Translations under genes and position numbers: made by a program
Notes under the pieces: model-generated
Databases searched by the model: none
The model's input: only the letters and a program-made list of their open reading frames with translations
What the model was told of the DNA's origin: nothing
DNA from: Clostridiales bacterium
GTDB lineage: Bacteria; Bacillota; Clostridia; Peptostreptococcales; Anaerovoracaceae
Direction of reading: 5' to 3'
Length of the DNA: 60,248 nucleotides
Assembly (NCBI GenBank): GCA_015058065.1
Contig: SVDB01000001.1
Location: 1 to 60,248 of the forward strand
Shown here: positions 18,425-27,749 of the stretch, piece by piece
Layout: each line of letters opens with the position of its first letter
How positions within the stretch are numbered: position 1 is the first letter of the stretch

Positions 18425-18748
18425 TTAAGAGAGCGGTACAACGCAGCACACAGGCGCGGGTTTTATGCCGTCCAGTTCAAACTTTTCGATCCATGGATAG
18501 CGCTCGTACCTGATCGCAGCGCCGTCTTCGATCAGCACCCCATGCATCGGCACGTAGACTGCTCCTATCTGTGACTCTTCGCGTATGTACCCGCCCGGGT
18601 CGTCCGGTCCTTCTTCGCCGGTAAAACTTACCGACACCTCCGCCTTGGAGGGATCACATCAAGTGCGCGCGTCATCCGTCAGAAGCACTATGTCGCTGTA
18701 GCCCAGACGCTTCATGTATTCAATTGCCGCGTCATTGAGTCTTATCAT
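18425..18748 (-). CDS. candidate small selenoprotein (UGA read as Sec at 18659-18661; U-C motif)
   Basis: ATG 18748 lies 1 nt after the ProX-like stop. There are 29 codons, then TGA, then 77 more in-frame codons to TAA at 18425. SECIS-like hairpins lie at 18655-18633 and 18635-18617. The track reports only the distal 70 aa from an internal GTG. Confidence 0.5.
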
Positions 18749-18749
18749 T

Positions 18750-19238
18750 TTACATCTTCACGAAATGCAGTTCGTTGCCGTGTTTTTTGATCAGTTTGAC
18801 CACATCTCTGGTATTGATATAAACCGTCGCGGTGTTATCGCAAGGATGTATGCCCATCAGTTTGTTTTCGAAGTCCTTGTCGAAATATACGACAACGTCC
18901 TTCTCTTCGTTTGCCAGGATGCCCAGCGGCGTCACCGCTCCGCGGATGAGGCCCATCTTTTCCATGAGGTCTTCTTCCGAAGCGAAAGTGAGCGGGCGGG
19001 TATCATGTTCCTTGCGGAACTCCTTGAGATTTACCTTTTTGTCTTCAAGGCACGTGATGAGATAGTACTTGCGCTTCTTGTCATCGCGCACGAAGAGATT
19101 CTTGGCGATCTGCTCAGGATGAGGCAGGCCGCACTCGAGCATCTCGTCTATCGTGTAGACAGGCTTGTGTTCGACTATTTCGTATTTGATCTTGCTGCTG
19201 TCGAGCAGTTTGACTATGTCTTCTTTCGTAAGTGTCAT
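18750..19238 (-). CDS. YbaK/ProX-type aminoacyl-tRNA editing domain protein
   Basis: 162 aa. The pattern KNLFVRDDKKRKYYLI...GAVTPLG is typical of prolyl-tRNA synthetase-associated domain proteins. Confidence 0.75.
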   Translation of the reverse strand: MTLTKEDIVKLLDSSKIKYEIVEHKPVYTIDEMLECGLPHPEQIAKNLFVRDDKKRKYYLITCLEDKKVNLKEFRKEHDTRPLTFASEEDLMEKMGLIRGAVTPLGILANEEKDVVVYFDKDFENKLMGIHPCDNTATVYINTRDVVKLIKKHGNELHFVKM

Positions 19239-19288
19239 GTCGTACCCTTTCTGTCAGGACCTGTGACTGCCGCTCGGATCGCGGACGA

Positions 19289-21004
19289 TCACTTCTTGCC
19301 TGTAAGTGTGCCAAGCAGATTGCGTCCTATGGCGGATCCGATGTTTCCTCCGATGGTCCTGCCCTTCTTGCCCAGCACGGCTTCGCCTATTGTCTTTCCG
19401 ATCTCTCTCCCGATGGTCCCGCCAGTTGATCTGATGACCTGGCGTGTGCCCGACTTGCCGAGGAAGTTGTCAGCGATCTCGCCCAGCGAGGAGCCGCCTT
19501 CATCTTCAGCCTTCGCGGCCTTTTGAGCTTTTGGCGCCTGCTGCGCTGCAGGTTCCGTGTAAGTCTGTGTATCAACGTCGATGGTAAAGCCTTCGTCGGC
19601 CGCGGCCTGAGCCGCAGGCTCAGCGGCAGGTATGCCCGAAGTGTTACCGTATACCTGCCCGTCAGGCCCGGTCACGGTGCCTGACGCCGCGGCCGTTCCG
19701 CCCGGTATCCTGCCCGTGATCTTCTCGTAAGCCGAGAAATTGTCCACCATTTCGAGATATTTGCTGTTGAGAGGTGAATTTTCGACCGTCGCGGTCCTTT
19801 CCTCATCTGTCAGCGCGCCCATGCGGCTCTCAGGCGGCAGCACGAAAGCGTACTCCGCCACCGACGGCGCGCCTTTTTCATCGAGCATCGAGACCACAGC
19901 CTCGCCGGTTCCCAGATTCTGCATCAGTTCCTTGGTGTCGAATTCAGGGTTTTCCCTGAAAGCGTCAGCAGCAGCGTTCAGAGCCTTCTGCTCTGCCGGC
20001 GTATACGCGTGCAGTCCGTGCTCTATCTTGTTTCCGAGCTGCGACATCACCGCTCCCGGAATGTCTCCCGGGCTCTGTGTCACGAAGAAAATGGAAACGC
20101 CCTTCGACCTGATCAGCTTCACTACCTGCTCTATCTTCTCGAGCAGTACCTTGGAGGCATTCTTGAACAGAAGATGCGCCTCGTCGAAGAAGAACACCAT
20201 CTTAGGCTTCTCCGGATCCCCTACCTCAGGAAGCAGTTCGAAGAGTTCTGACAGAAGATACAGCATGAATGCCGAATACAGCCTCGGTTTATTGATAAGC
20301 GTCTCGGCGTCCAGTATGTTGATGATCCCTCTTCCGTCCGGCGCGGTCAGGAAGTAATCCCTGATATCTATAGCCGGCTCACCGAAGAACCTGTCCGCTC
20401 CTTCCGATTCGAGAGCGACTATTGCTCTGATGATCGCGGATGTCGACTGCTGAGGTATCAGGCCGTAATCCATTTTGAACTCGTCCGAGTGGTCGGCGCA
20501 GTACTGCAGCGTCGCTTTCATGTCTTTTGTATCGATCAGCAGCAGGCCGAGATCGTCCGCGATCTTGAATATGACCTGCATGAGTTCGGTCTGAGTATCG
20601 TTGAGATCGAGGACCTGGCTGAACAGCAGCGGTCCCATCTCTGACACGGTCGTGCGCAGAGGCGTTCCCTTATCTGAATAGATGTCGAAGATCGATACCG
20701 GAAAGCCGCGGTAGCAGAAAGTATCTCTGATATCGAAGCGGTCGAGTCTCTTCTGCATCCCTTCGCTGTCATCTCCCGGTACCGCGATGCCCGCCATGTC
20801 ACCCTTGACATCGGACATGAATACCGGAACTCCCAGCTGCGAGAAACTCTCCGCGAGCACCTTGAGTGTCACGGATTTGCCCGTTCCTGTGGCGCCGCAG
20901 ATAAAGCCGTGTCTGTTGGCTTTGTCCGGTCTCAGGCATATCTTATCGCCAAGCGTTTCGCCATCACCCTTTCTGGCGAAATAGATCATACCGTTATCTA
21001 CCAT
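19289..21004 (-). CDS. HerA-like NTPase, DUF853 (YjgR-type)
   Basis: Walker A GATGTGKSVT and Walker B FFFDEAHLLF. Gly/Ile/Arg-rich C-terminal tail (GGTIGREIGKTIG...). Confidence 0.8.
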   Translation of the reverse strand: MVDNGMIYFARKGDGETLGDKICLRPDKANRHGFICGATGTGKSVTLKVLAESFSQLGVPVFMSDVKGDMAGIAVPGDDSEGMQKRLDRFDIRDTFCYRGFPVSIFDIYSDKGTPLRTTVSEMGPLLFSQVLDLNDTQTELMQVIFKIADDLGLLLIDTKDMKATLQYCADHSDEFKMDYGLIPQQSTSAIIRAIVALESEGADRFFGEPAIDIRDYFLTAPDGRGIINILDAETLINKPRLYSAFMLYLLSELFELLPEVGDPEKPKMVFFFDEAHLLFKNASKVLLEKIEQVVKLIRSKGVSIFFVTQSPGDIPGAVMSQLGNKIEHGLHAYTPAEQKALNAAADAFRENPEFDTKELMQNLGTGEAVVSMLDEKGAPSVAEYAFVLPPESRMGALTDEERTATVENSPLNSKYLEMVDNFSAYEKITGRIPGGTAAASGTVTGPDGQVYGNTSGIPAAEPAAQAAADEGFTIDVDTQTYTEPAAQQAPKAQKAAKAEDEGGSSLGEIADNFLGKSGTRQVIRSTGGTIGREIGKTIGEAVLGKKGRTIGGNIGSAIGRNLLGTLTGKK

Positions 21005-21189
21005 TTATATGCTCTCCTTCCCACTATCTTCCGTTCTGCGCAGGCCGGCAACACGGAAAGTTACATATCATATCATCATGCTCGAATTATACCATACCCG
21101 CTGTTTACAGTCTTTCATTGTTTTGCTTATTGTTATATCATTGTGAGGCATAATCATTTCAGGAACTGAAAAACAATGAAAAGGCAGTA

Positions 21190-24114
21190 TTGATGTATCA
21201 GACAGAAACAAAACTTGCAAAAGGTGATAAACTTCACGGCTTTACCGTGACAAACATCCGTGATATCCGGGAGATCGGCGGCAGACTCGTTGAGATGCTC
21301 CACGATGTGACAGGAGCGAAACTCGTGTGGGCTGACAACGGAGACGAGAACAAGCTCTTCTCGGTCGGTTTCAGAACTATCCCCGAGGACAGCACCGGCG
21401 TGTTCCATATACTCGAGCACTCTGTCCTCTGCGGTTCCGATAAGTTCCCGGTCAAGGAACCATTCGTAGAACTTCTCAAGACCTCGATGAACACATTCCT
21501 GAACGCCATGACGTTCCAGGACAAGACGATGTACCCGGTATCCAGCCGTGTCGAGCAGGATTACCTGAATCTGACAGAAGTCTACCTTGACGCGGTGTTC
21601 AAGCCGCGTATGCTCACGGATCCCAACATCTTCTATCAGGAAGGCTGGCATATAGATACCACCGGCGACGAGCCTGTGTTCAAGGGAGTCGTCTTTAATG
21701 AAATGAAGGGCGACATGTCCAATGTGGACCAGATCGCGGAGCGCCACATGGGCAAGCTTCTTTTTCCGGAGCACTGCTACGGCTACAACTCCGGCGGAGA
21801 TCCCGATGAGATCCCCGATCTGACTTATGAGTCGTTTGTCGAAAGATATAAAAGGTTCTATCACCCGTCGAATTCATACTTTTACCTTGATGGAGATGTT
21901 CCTATCGGCAAAACGCTCGGGATGATCGAGACATATCTCAAAGACTACGACAGACGCGATGACATACCGGAGTTCACCACTCAGGCCCCGGTCAGAAATG
22001 ACCGTGTCATCGACTACGCCGTCAGCAGTGAAGATGACAAGCCTATGATCTGCTTCGGCAAGATTATCGGCAGCTGGGAAGACAGAGACAAGAATCTCGC
22101 CCTCAGCGTGATCCTCGAACAGATCGCAGACTCGAATGAGTCTCCGCTCAAGCGCGCGGTGCTTTCTTCGGGACTCGCTGAGGATATGGAGATATATGTA
22201 TCTGACGGTATAGCGCAGCCATATCTCATGATGATATTCCGCGGGATCAGCTGTGAGGACGGCTCAAAGCCTGACGCAGCCGCGCTGGAGAGCATTGCCG
22301 GCAGGCTGCTCGCCATAGTTGAGGAAACTATCGGCAGGATCACGGCCGAAGGTTTTTCAAAGAGAGGCCTCGAGGCGTCAGTCAATCAGACCGATTTCAG
22401 GTTCAGGCAGTATCCTGAGCCGCAGGCTCTCTACAGGGCGATCGGCGCGTTCAGTTCATGGCTCTACGACGGCGATCCGGCACTGTATCTCAACACTGAC
22501 GCAGCGATCGCGAACGTTCGCGCCATGATAGATGACGGCAAGATGGAAGCTCTCGCAGCGGAAATATTCAGCGACACATCTGATTACTCAAGGCTCATGC
22601 TCGTCCCGAGCGCGGATTACGCCGCGAAGGAAGCCGCTGAGGAGGCTGCCCGGGTAAAGGCAGCAGTCGACGCGATGAGTAAAGCGGAAAGAGACGCCCT
22701 CGATGAACTGAACCGCGGTCTTCTCGAATGGCAGCAGAGCGAGGACAGCGAAGAGGCTCTTGCAACGATACCTCAGCTGGATCTCGCTGACATCGACCCG
22801 ATGCCGGAGCTATACGGTACAGAAGTAAAAGATATAAAAGGCGCTAAGGTGTTGTTCCATCCTGTCGCGTCTAATGGGATCGTGTACATAAACGCCTATT
22901 TCCCTCTCACTCAGCTGACCATTTCCGAGCTTCCGGCAGCAGCGCTGATCACGGAGTTCTTCAGGGACCTGCCTACAGAGAGGTATGATGTGCTCACACT
23001 GCAGAACGAGGTACGCATGTATGTCGGCACCATCTCCTTCGGTCTGGACATTCTGGCTGTTGATGACGACAAGGACACCTGCGCTCCAAGCCTCAGGGTC
23101 AGAGTTTCAGTCCTCGAGGATAAACTGCCGCAGGCTGAGGATCTCATAGTTGAGATACTGACCAGCACGCGATTCGACGACAAGGCGATGATGCGTGAAC
23201 TGATAACGCAGATCGACGAAGATTCCAAGCGTACCGCCGTTTCCAGCGGTCACCGGCTCGCTATTTTAGAAGCAAGGTCTCACTGGTCTGCCAGAGACGC
23301 CGCTGCTGAGGCTGTCAACGGATACAGTTTCATGCAGTACATGCATAAGATGAGCAGTGCGGCCGATGACGAGCTCGACGCTTTCACCTCTTTCGCCAAC
23401 GATGTGATCAAAAACAGTGTCAACAGACAGAACGCCATCATAAGCGTTACCGCAACGGAATACGCGGATGTCTCACACCTGGTCAGCATGCTCCCTGAGG
23501 GCAGCGCGATGCCTGAAAAGGCAGCTTATGTTTCGTCGCTCCCTCGCCGGATGGGGATCGAGCTGCCTGCTGCCGTCTCGTTCGCGGTAACGGCATATGA
23601 CATGGTAGCTGAAGGTCACATGATGAACGGCAGCATGTCAGTCGCAGCCAACATCATCTCGCTGGCTCACCTGTGGAATGTCATCAGAGTACAGGGTGGC
23701 GCGTATGGCGCTTCGATGACAGCAGGCCGCACCGGATCTGTTTTCTGCTACACATACAGAGACCCGAGCCCTGCCCGCTCACTTGGAGTCCACACCGGCC
23801 TGACAGAGTTTGTTGACAGTCTGATGACTGCAGAGAATGGTTCCATCGACGGATATATCATTTCTACGATCGCTGCGAATGAGCCGCTGATATCGCCGGG
23901 CGCGAAAGGAAGAGCAGCAGATGACTTCTTCCTCTCCGGGTACTCCGATGCAGACAGGATAAGGCTCCGCCGCGAGATGCTGGACACAAAGCCGGCAGAT
24001 TTCGCGGGCATGCGTGCCGTGCTCGCTGACATGGCAGAGAGAGGAACAGTATGCGTCGCAGGACCGAGATCAGCTCTCGACACCTGCGATGACCTCGAGA
24101 TATTCTCTTTATAG
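21190..24114 (+). CDS. M16-family (insulinase/PreP-like) zinc metallopeptidase
   Basis: 974 aa with the inverted zinc motif HILEH followed by a downstream E. Confidence 0.85.
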   Translation: MMYQTETKLAKGDKLHGFTVTNIRDIREIGGRLVEMLHDVTGAKLVWADNGDENKLFSVGFRTIPEDSTGVFHILEHSVLCGSDKFPVKEPFVELLKTSMNTFLNAMTFQDKTMYPVSSRVEQDYLNLTEVYLDAVFKPRMLTDPNIFYQEGWHIDTTGDEPVFKGVVFNEMKGDMSNVDQIAERHMGKLLFPEHCYGYNSGGDPDEIPDLTYESFVERYKRFYHPSNSYFYLDGDVPIGKTLGMIETYLKDYDRRDDIPEFTTQAPVRNDRVIDYAVSSEDDKPMICFGKIIGSWEDRDKNLALSVILEQIADSNESPLKRAVLSSGLAEDMEIYVSDGIAQPYLMMIFRGISCEDGSKPDAAALESIAGRLLAIVEETIGRITAEGFSKRGLEASVNQTDFRFRQYPEPQALYRAIGAFSSWLYDGDPALYLNTDAAIANVRAMIDDGKMEALAAEIFSDTSDYSRLMLVPSADYAAKEAAEEAARVKAAVDAMSKAERDALDELNRGLLEWQQSEDSEEALATIPQLDLADIDPMPELYGTEVKDIKGAKVLFHPVASNGIVYINAYFPLTQLTISELPAAALITEFFRDLPTERYDVLTLQNEVRMYVGTISFGLDILAVDDDKDTCAPSLRVRVSVLEDKLPQAEDLIVEILTSTRFDDKAMMRELITQIDEDSKRTAVSSGHRLAILEARSHWSARDAAAEAVNGYSFMQYMHKMSSAADDELDAFTSFANDVIKNSVNRQNAIISVTATEYADVSHLVSMLPEGSAMPEKAAYVSSLPRRMGIELPAAVSFAVTAYDMVAEGHMMNGSMSVAANIISLAHLWNVIRVQGGAYGASMTAGRTGSVFCYTYRDPSPARSLGVHTGLTEFVDSLMTAENGSIDGYIISTIAANEPLISPGAKGRAADDFFLSGYSDADRIRLRREMLDTKPADFAGMRAVLADMAERGTVCVAGPRSALDTCDDLEIFSL

Positions 24115-24127
24115 CCGCAGTCAAAAA

Positions 24128-24157
24128 GATCCCTCCGCCCTCGCGGTGGGATCTTTT
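24128..24157 (+). terminator. rho-independent terminator after the M16 peptidase gene
   Basis: GATCCCTCCGC-cctc-GCGGTGGGATC (11-bp stem, one mismatch) followed by TTTT. Confidence 0.7.
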
Positions 24158-24178
24158 CATTTGCGGTCATAAATGCAT

Positions 24179-24427
24179 TTACAGGTTTTTGGCCTTATAG
24201 ATCTGTGTATAGCTGCCGTCGTCATTGCAGATGACCATCTGCTCCATCTCATCGTGGGCAGGGTCAAAAAGCGGCTCCGGCGCGCTGTATCTGACGCAGG
24301 TGCCGCAGCTGCTGCTGAGGCTTCTCGGAACTGGCATGGTACGCGCCTCAAGGCCTTTGGATTTGCAAAGACGTTCGAATCTTATCGATCCGAAATGCAT
24401 GAAAAATGTAGCGATATATGTATTCAT
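24179..24427 (-). CDS. DUF3343 (putative Se/S carrier-like) protein
   Basis: The pattern YIATFFMHFGSIRFERLCKSKGL...PVPRSLSSSCGTCVRY matches the DUF3343 family. ATG 24427 is preferred because TTG 24445 lies inside the upstream terminator stem. Confidence 0.7.
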   Translation of the reverse strand: MNTYIATFFMHFGSIRFERLCKSKGLEARTMPVPRSLSSSCGTCVRYSAPEPLFDPAHDEMEQMVICNDDGSYTQIYKAKNL

Positions 24428-24443
24428 AGCGTCAGTATAGCAC

Positions 24444-24470
24444 AAAACCGGGGGTGATTCCCCCGGTTTT
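24444..24470 (-). terminator. rho-independent terminator after the tusA-like gene
   Basis: AAAACCGGGGG-aatca-CCCCCGGTTTT forms a perfect 11-bp palindromic stem with A/T runs on both sides. Confidence 0.8.
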
Positions 24471-24482
24471 AGTACTATTATG

Positions 24483-24683
24483 TTACTTCGAGATCTTGAG
24501 CAGATACTCTCCGCCCTTGTCTTCTACCTCTACCTTGTAACCCTGGCTCTGGGCATAACGCGTAACGTTTTCGAGAGGAGCCTGAGCGTCTACCATGACT
24601 TCATAGTAGTTCTCTTTGCTCTTCATTGCCTTCTGAGTCATGATCACAGGCATCGGGCAGGACAGCCCTCTTGCGTCTACCAT
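24483..24683 (-). CDS. TusA/SirA-like sulfurtransferase
   Basis: 66 aa with the CPxP active-site motif in RGLSCPMPV. Confidence 0.8.
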   Translation of the reverse strand: MVDARGLSCPMPVIMTQKAMKSKENYYEVMVDAQAPLENVTRYAQSQGYKVEVEDKGGEYLLKISK

Positions 24684-24701
24684 AATGCACCTCCGCTTTT
24701 T

Positions 24702-25784
24702 TTAAGCAGCTTCCTTTGCAGGTTCCTTCTCCTTGACGTATGTGTTGACAACGCCGATGAGAGCAACTACTACGATGCCGATGATAACAGCGATCTTGCC
24801 TGCAGGTGTAGGGCCTTCGCCGCTCGAAGCGAGTCCGAAGTTGTGGCAGAAAGCAGCACCGACCATGAGGCCGAGAACTGTTACAGCGCTGTCAGCGTTT
24901 CCTTCACCGGACATAACGAGCTGTCTGAGCGGGCATCCGCCGAGCAGTACGCAAGCGAATCCGACGAGGAGCATGCCGAGGCAGTTCCAGAGTCCGTCTG
25001 TGTGAGCGATAGGCTGCTCAGTAAATCCGAGCTTGAATCCGCCGAGTACCAGGTTGGTTACCAGAGCGGAAGCGAGGATAGCGATGAATCCCCAGAGAAG
25101 TCTTGTCTCTTTGAAGAGAACGAGGTCTCTCATACCGCCGACCATGCACAGTCTTGTTCTCTGAGCAAGGACACCGACGATGAGTCCGGCAGCGAGGGAA
25201 AGACCGATCGCAGCGTGCATCGAGCCAGGACCTTCTTCAGAGAAAGCGATGTATGCAGGCTTCGCGAGAAGCAGTACGAAGATAACTACCTCGAGTACAG
25301 GCATCCAGTAACCTTCACCTGCTGTCAGGCTGTATGTTCTCTTGAGCGAGTATCCGTTCTTGAGGAAGAAGATTCCGCAGAAGATACCAATTACGAATCC
25401 GACGAGTCCGAGGAGAGCGTTCAGGTCTCCGCCGGCCAGTCTCAGGATCATCCTGAACGGGCAGCCGAGGAACATAAGGCATCCTACCATCGCGAAGAAT
25501 CCGAGAACGAATCTTGTCATAGGAGCGGAACCGCCCTTGGAGCTGAACTCCTTCTTTGCGAACGCGGCTACGAACGCGCCGATCACGATACCGATGATCT
25601 CAGGTCTGATGTACTGTACCGGAGGTGCCTTGTGAAGTCCGAGGCCGCCGGCTGTATCACGCAGGAAGCATGCGATGCAGAATCCCATGTTCTTCGGGTT
25701 TCCGAGGAACGCGAGACCGGCTGCGATGATACCGATCACGAGACCCGCGATGATGATCATTAGCTTATCATTTTTCTTTTCCAT
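24702..25784 (-). CDS. yedE: YedE-family putative selenium/sulfur-compound transporter
   Basis: Polytopic YeeE/YedE pattern with paired Cys sites (GFCIACFLRD; LGGCPLR). ATG 25784 follows GGAGGATCAAT. The track start at 25871 is an upstream extension through the leader. Confidence 0.75.
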   Translation of the reverse strand: MEKKNDKLMIIIAGLVIGIIAAGLAFLGNPKNMGFCIACFLRDTAGGLGLHKAPPVQYIRPEIIGIVIGAFVAAFAKKEFSSKGGSAPMTRFVLGFFAMVGCLMFLGCPFRMILRLAGGDLNALLGLVGFVIGIFCGIFFLKNGYSLKRTYSLTAGEGYWMPVLEVVIFVLLLAKPAYIAFSEEGPGSMHAAIGLSLAAGLIVGVLAQRTRLCMVGGMRDLVLFKETRLLWGFIAILASALVTNLVLGGFKLGFTEQPIAHTDGLWNCLGMLLVGFACVLLGGCPLRQLVMSGEGNADSAVTVLGLMVGAAFCHNFGLASSGEGPTPAGKIAVIIGIVVVALIGVVNTYVKEKEPAKEAA

Positions 25785-25819
25785 ATTGATCCTCCATATA
25801 ATCCATATTGAAAAGTCCC

Positions 25820-25852
25820 AAAAATAACGTATGAGGCGGTCTCCCGCCTCAT
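25820..25852 (-). terminator. terminator or attenuator hairpin ~45 nt upstream of yedE
   Basis: The minus strand reads AUGAGGCGG-gaga-CCGCCUCAU then ACGUUAUUUUU. It lies ~120 nt downstream of the PAP2 stop. Confidence 0.55.
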
Positions 25853-25970
25853 AATAGTTTACATTCATCACCGCTCAATAACCAATTGACTGACTTGATT
25901 GAGCGTTAACGCATTATTGATTTCCTCTATAACGCCTGCCGCTATTTTCCCTTCCGTCAAATAGCACGGC

Positions 25971-26699
25971 TCAGTGTTTCGGTTTGTAGCCGCGGATAGA
26001 CTCACTTTTTCTGCTCTGTCTGCTGTCATACTCAAACGCGAGATCAGCGTCACGCACATTCTTCCTGCGCGCGGTTACGACCGCTGAGAACAAAAGCAGC
26101 AGAGTCGCGCTCAGCAATATGGCTCCGATGATGTCCGTGCACCAATGTACTCCGCAATAAAGCCTTCCGCCTATCGTGGCCAGTGTCGTCAGGAAACAAA
26201 GGATCCTGACAAGAACGCCCAGTCCCTTTCCGAAATACTTGTCTGAAACGATCATGACTGCGACCAGCACCGTCATGACCAGCATGGTATGGGATGACGG
26301 GAACGATGCCTCAGGCTCTGTCTCTCCCGGCATTATTATCGGTCTGTAGTTGATGATGAACTTCTCAAAGAATACATAGCATCCGATAACTGCCGCGAAG
26401 AGTCCGCCAAGTGCCCATATCTCCCTGTCCACTTTCAGCAGACTCCTGCGCTTTATCATCTGCACCAGTCCCGCGAGCGCGAAAAGCCCGCATATACCGA
26501 TGGCCGCGTAGCCGATATAGTCTGTGATGTCGTACCACAGCATATTCACGCCTGTCAGGTCGTGTACGAACTGATTCAAATGCGAAAACCCGATCTTTGT
26601 GCCCGCCGGTCCTATCGCTGCGACATCATATATGCCCAGCATGACTATAAGTCCGGCGAACAGCCCGCCGGTGACGACCGCTCCAATGACTCTTTTCAT
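25971..26699 (-). CDS. PAP2-family phosphatase (membrane)
   Basis: PAP2 motifs PSSHT and GVHWCTDIIG. Six predicted TM segments. Confidence 0.8.
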   Translation of the reverse strand: MKRVIGAVVTGGLFAGLIVMLGIYDVAAIGPAGTKIGFSHLNQFVHDLTGVNMLWYDITDYIGYAAIGICGLFALAGLVQMIKRRSLLKVDREIWALGGLFAAVIGCYVFFEKFIINYRPIIMPGETEPEASFPSSHTMLVMTVLVAVMIVSDKYFGKGLGVLVRILCFLTTLATIGGRLYCGVHWCTDIIGAILLSATLLLLFSAVVTARRKNVRDADLAFEYDSRQSRKSESIRGYKPKH

Positions 26700-26756
26700 C
26701 AGAATAATTCTCCCAAAAACTTATTATATCTATCGTGTGTTATATGATCGCCCGTT

Positions 26757-27575
26757 TTATTTGCTTACGCTTACAGGTGTTGCAGGTCTCGCGATGTTCT
26801 CCGCGTTGAGCGCCGCCGGGATCTCTTTCATTAGATAAGCGAACTCGTCCCAATAGTCAGCTGTCTTCACCCATACTCTCACAGTATACGTCAGTCCACC
26901 CGGGACCCCTGCCGTGATAAGCACCTGCGGAGCAGGCTCGCTCTTCGCCTTCTCAGACCTCGCGATCACATCTTTCATTATTCCTTCGACCCTGTCTGCG
27001 TCTTCAGAGCCCGCTATGTCGAAGTTGAGGTCGACTCTTCTGAGAGGCTCAGCGCTCGCGTTCGAGATGCTCGAATTCATCAGGCTGCCGTTAGGTACCG
27101 ATACTCTGCGGTTGTCTACGGTGGTAAGGACCGTATATACGAGCGAGATGCTCCTTACAGTGCCCTCTTCACTGCCCGTACTGATGTAGTCGCCTACGCT
27201 GAACGGGCGGAATATGATCAGCATGATGCCTCCCGCGATATTGCTCAAAGCTCCCTGAAGCGCCAGACCGATGGCAACGCCTACCGACGCGATCGCAGCT
27301 ATCACCGATGACATAGGCACGCCGAGCAGCGCAACTATCGACACGACCAGGACCACATACAGCGCCGCCCTTATAAATGTCATGATATATTCTTCCGCTG
27401 TCGGGTCAATGGACTTGAGCGAGCGGAGCTTTTTCAGTCCTTTGATGATGCGTTTGATAATAAAACTTCCGACCAGATAGACCAGGATCGCCAGAAGCAG
27501 CTTGAGCCCGATATCCATCGCGCCGTCGCTTATTTTTTCGAGAAGCCTTTCCCAATTGCTGATATTTACATCCAT
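26757..27575 (-). CDS. small-conductance mechanosensitive channel (MscS family)
   Basis: Three TM segments then FRPFSVGDYI...GTV..ISL..T.L.T.DNRRVSVPN. Confidence 0.85.
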   Translation of the reverse strand: MDVNISNWERLLEKISDGAMDIGLKLLLAILVYLVGSFIIKRIIKGLKKLRSLKSIDPTAEEYIMTFIRAALYVVLVVSIVALLGVPMSSVIAAIASVGVAIGLALQGALSNIAGGIMLIIFRPFSVGDYISTGSEEGTVRSISLVYTVLTTVDNRRVSVPNGSLMNSSISNASAEPLRRVDLNFDIAGSEDADRVEGIMKDVIARSEKAKSEPAPQVLITAGVPGGLTYTVRVWVKTADYWDEFAYLMKEIPAALNAENIARPATPVSVSK

Positions 27576-27749
27576 CTTTCTTGTCCCTTCTCTTGTCTGC
27601 GAATTACCTTATAATATTATCACGCGCGCGAGCGCCGTGTCCATTGAGACTCGTTCTTCAATTGCCATACGCACCCTTCAATGATACAATACTTTAGAAA
27701 TAACTGAACAAGCCGCGCCGCGGCACGATACTTAACGGAGCAAATACTA

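Noticed and set aside
21154-21864. 236-aa minus-strand ORF overlapping the start of the M16 peptidase gene
   Set aside because: It is antisense to a gene with a clear HxxEH zinc motif, and it crosses the divergent promoter region. It has no RBS and no recognisable domain.
24480-25763. 427-aa acidic/Ser-rich plus-strand ORF
   Set aside because: It is antisense to the tusA-like and yedE genes. Its composition-biased translation is typical of a shadow frame. The minus-strand genes have good RBSs and family motifs.
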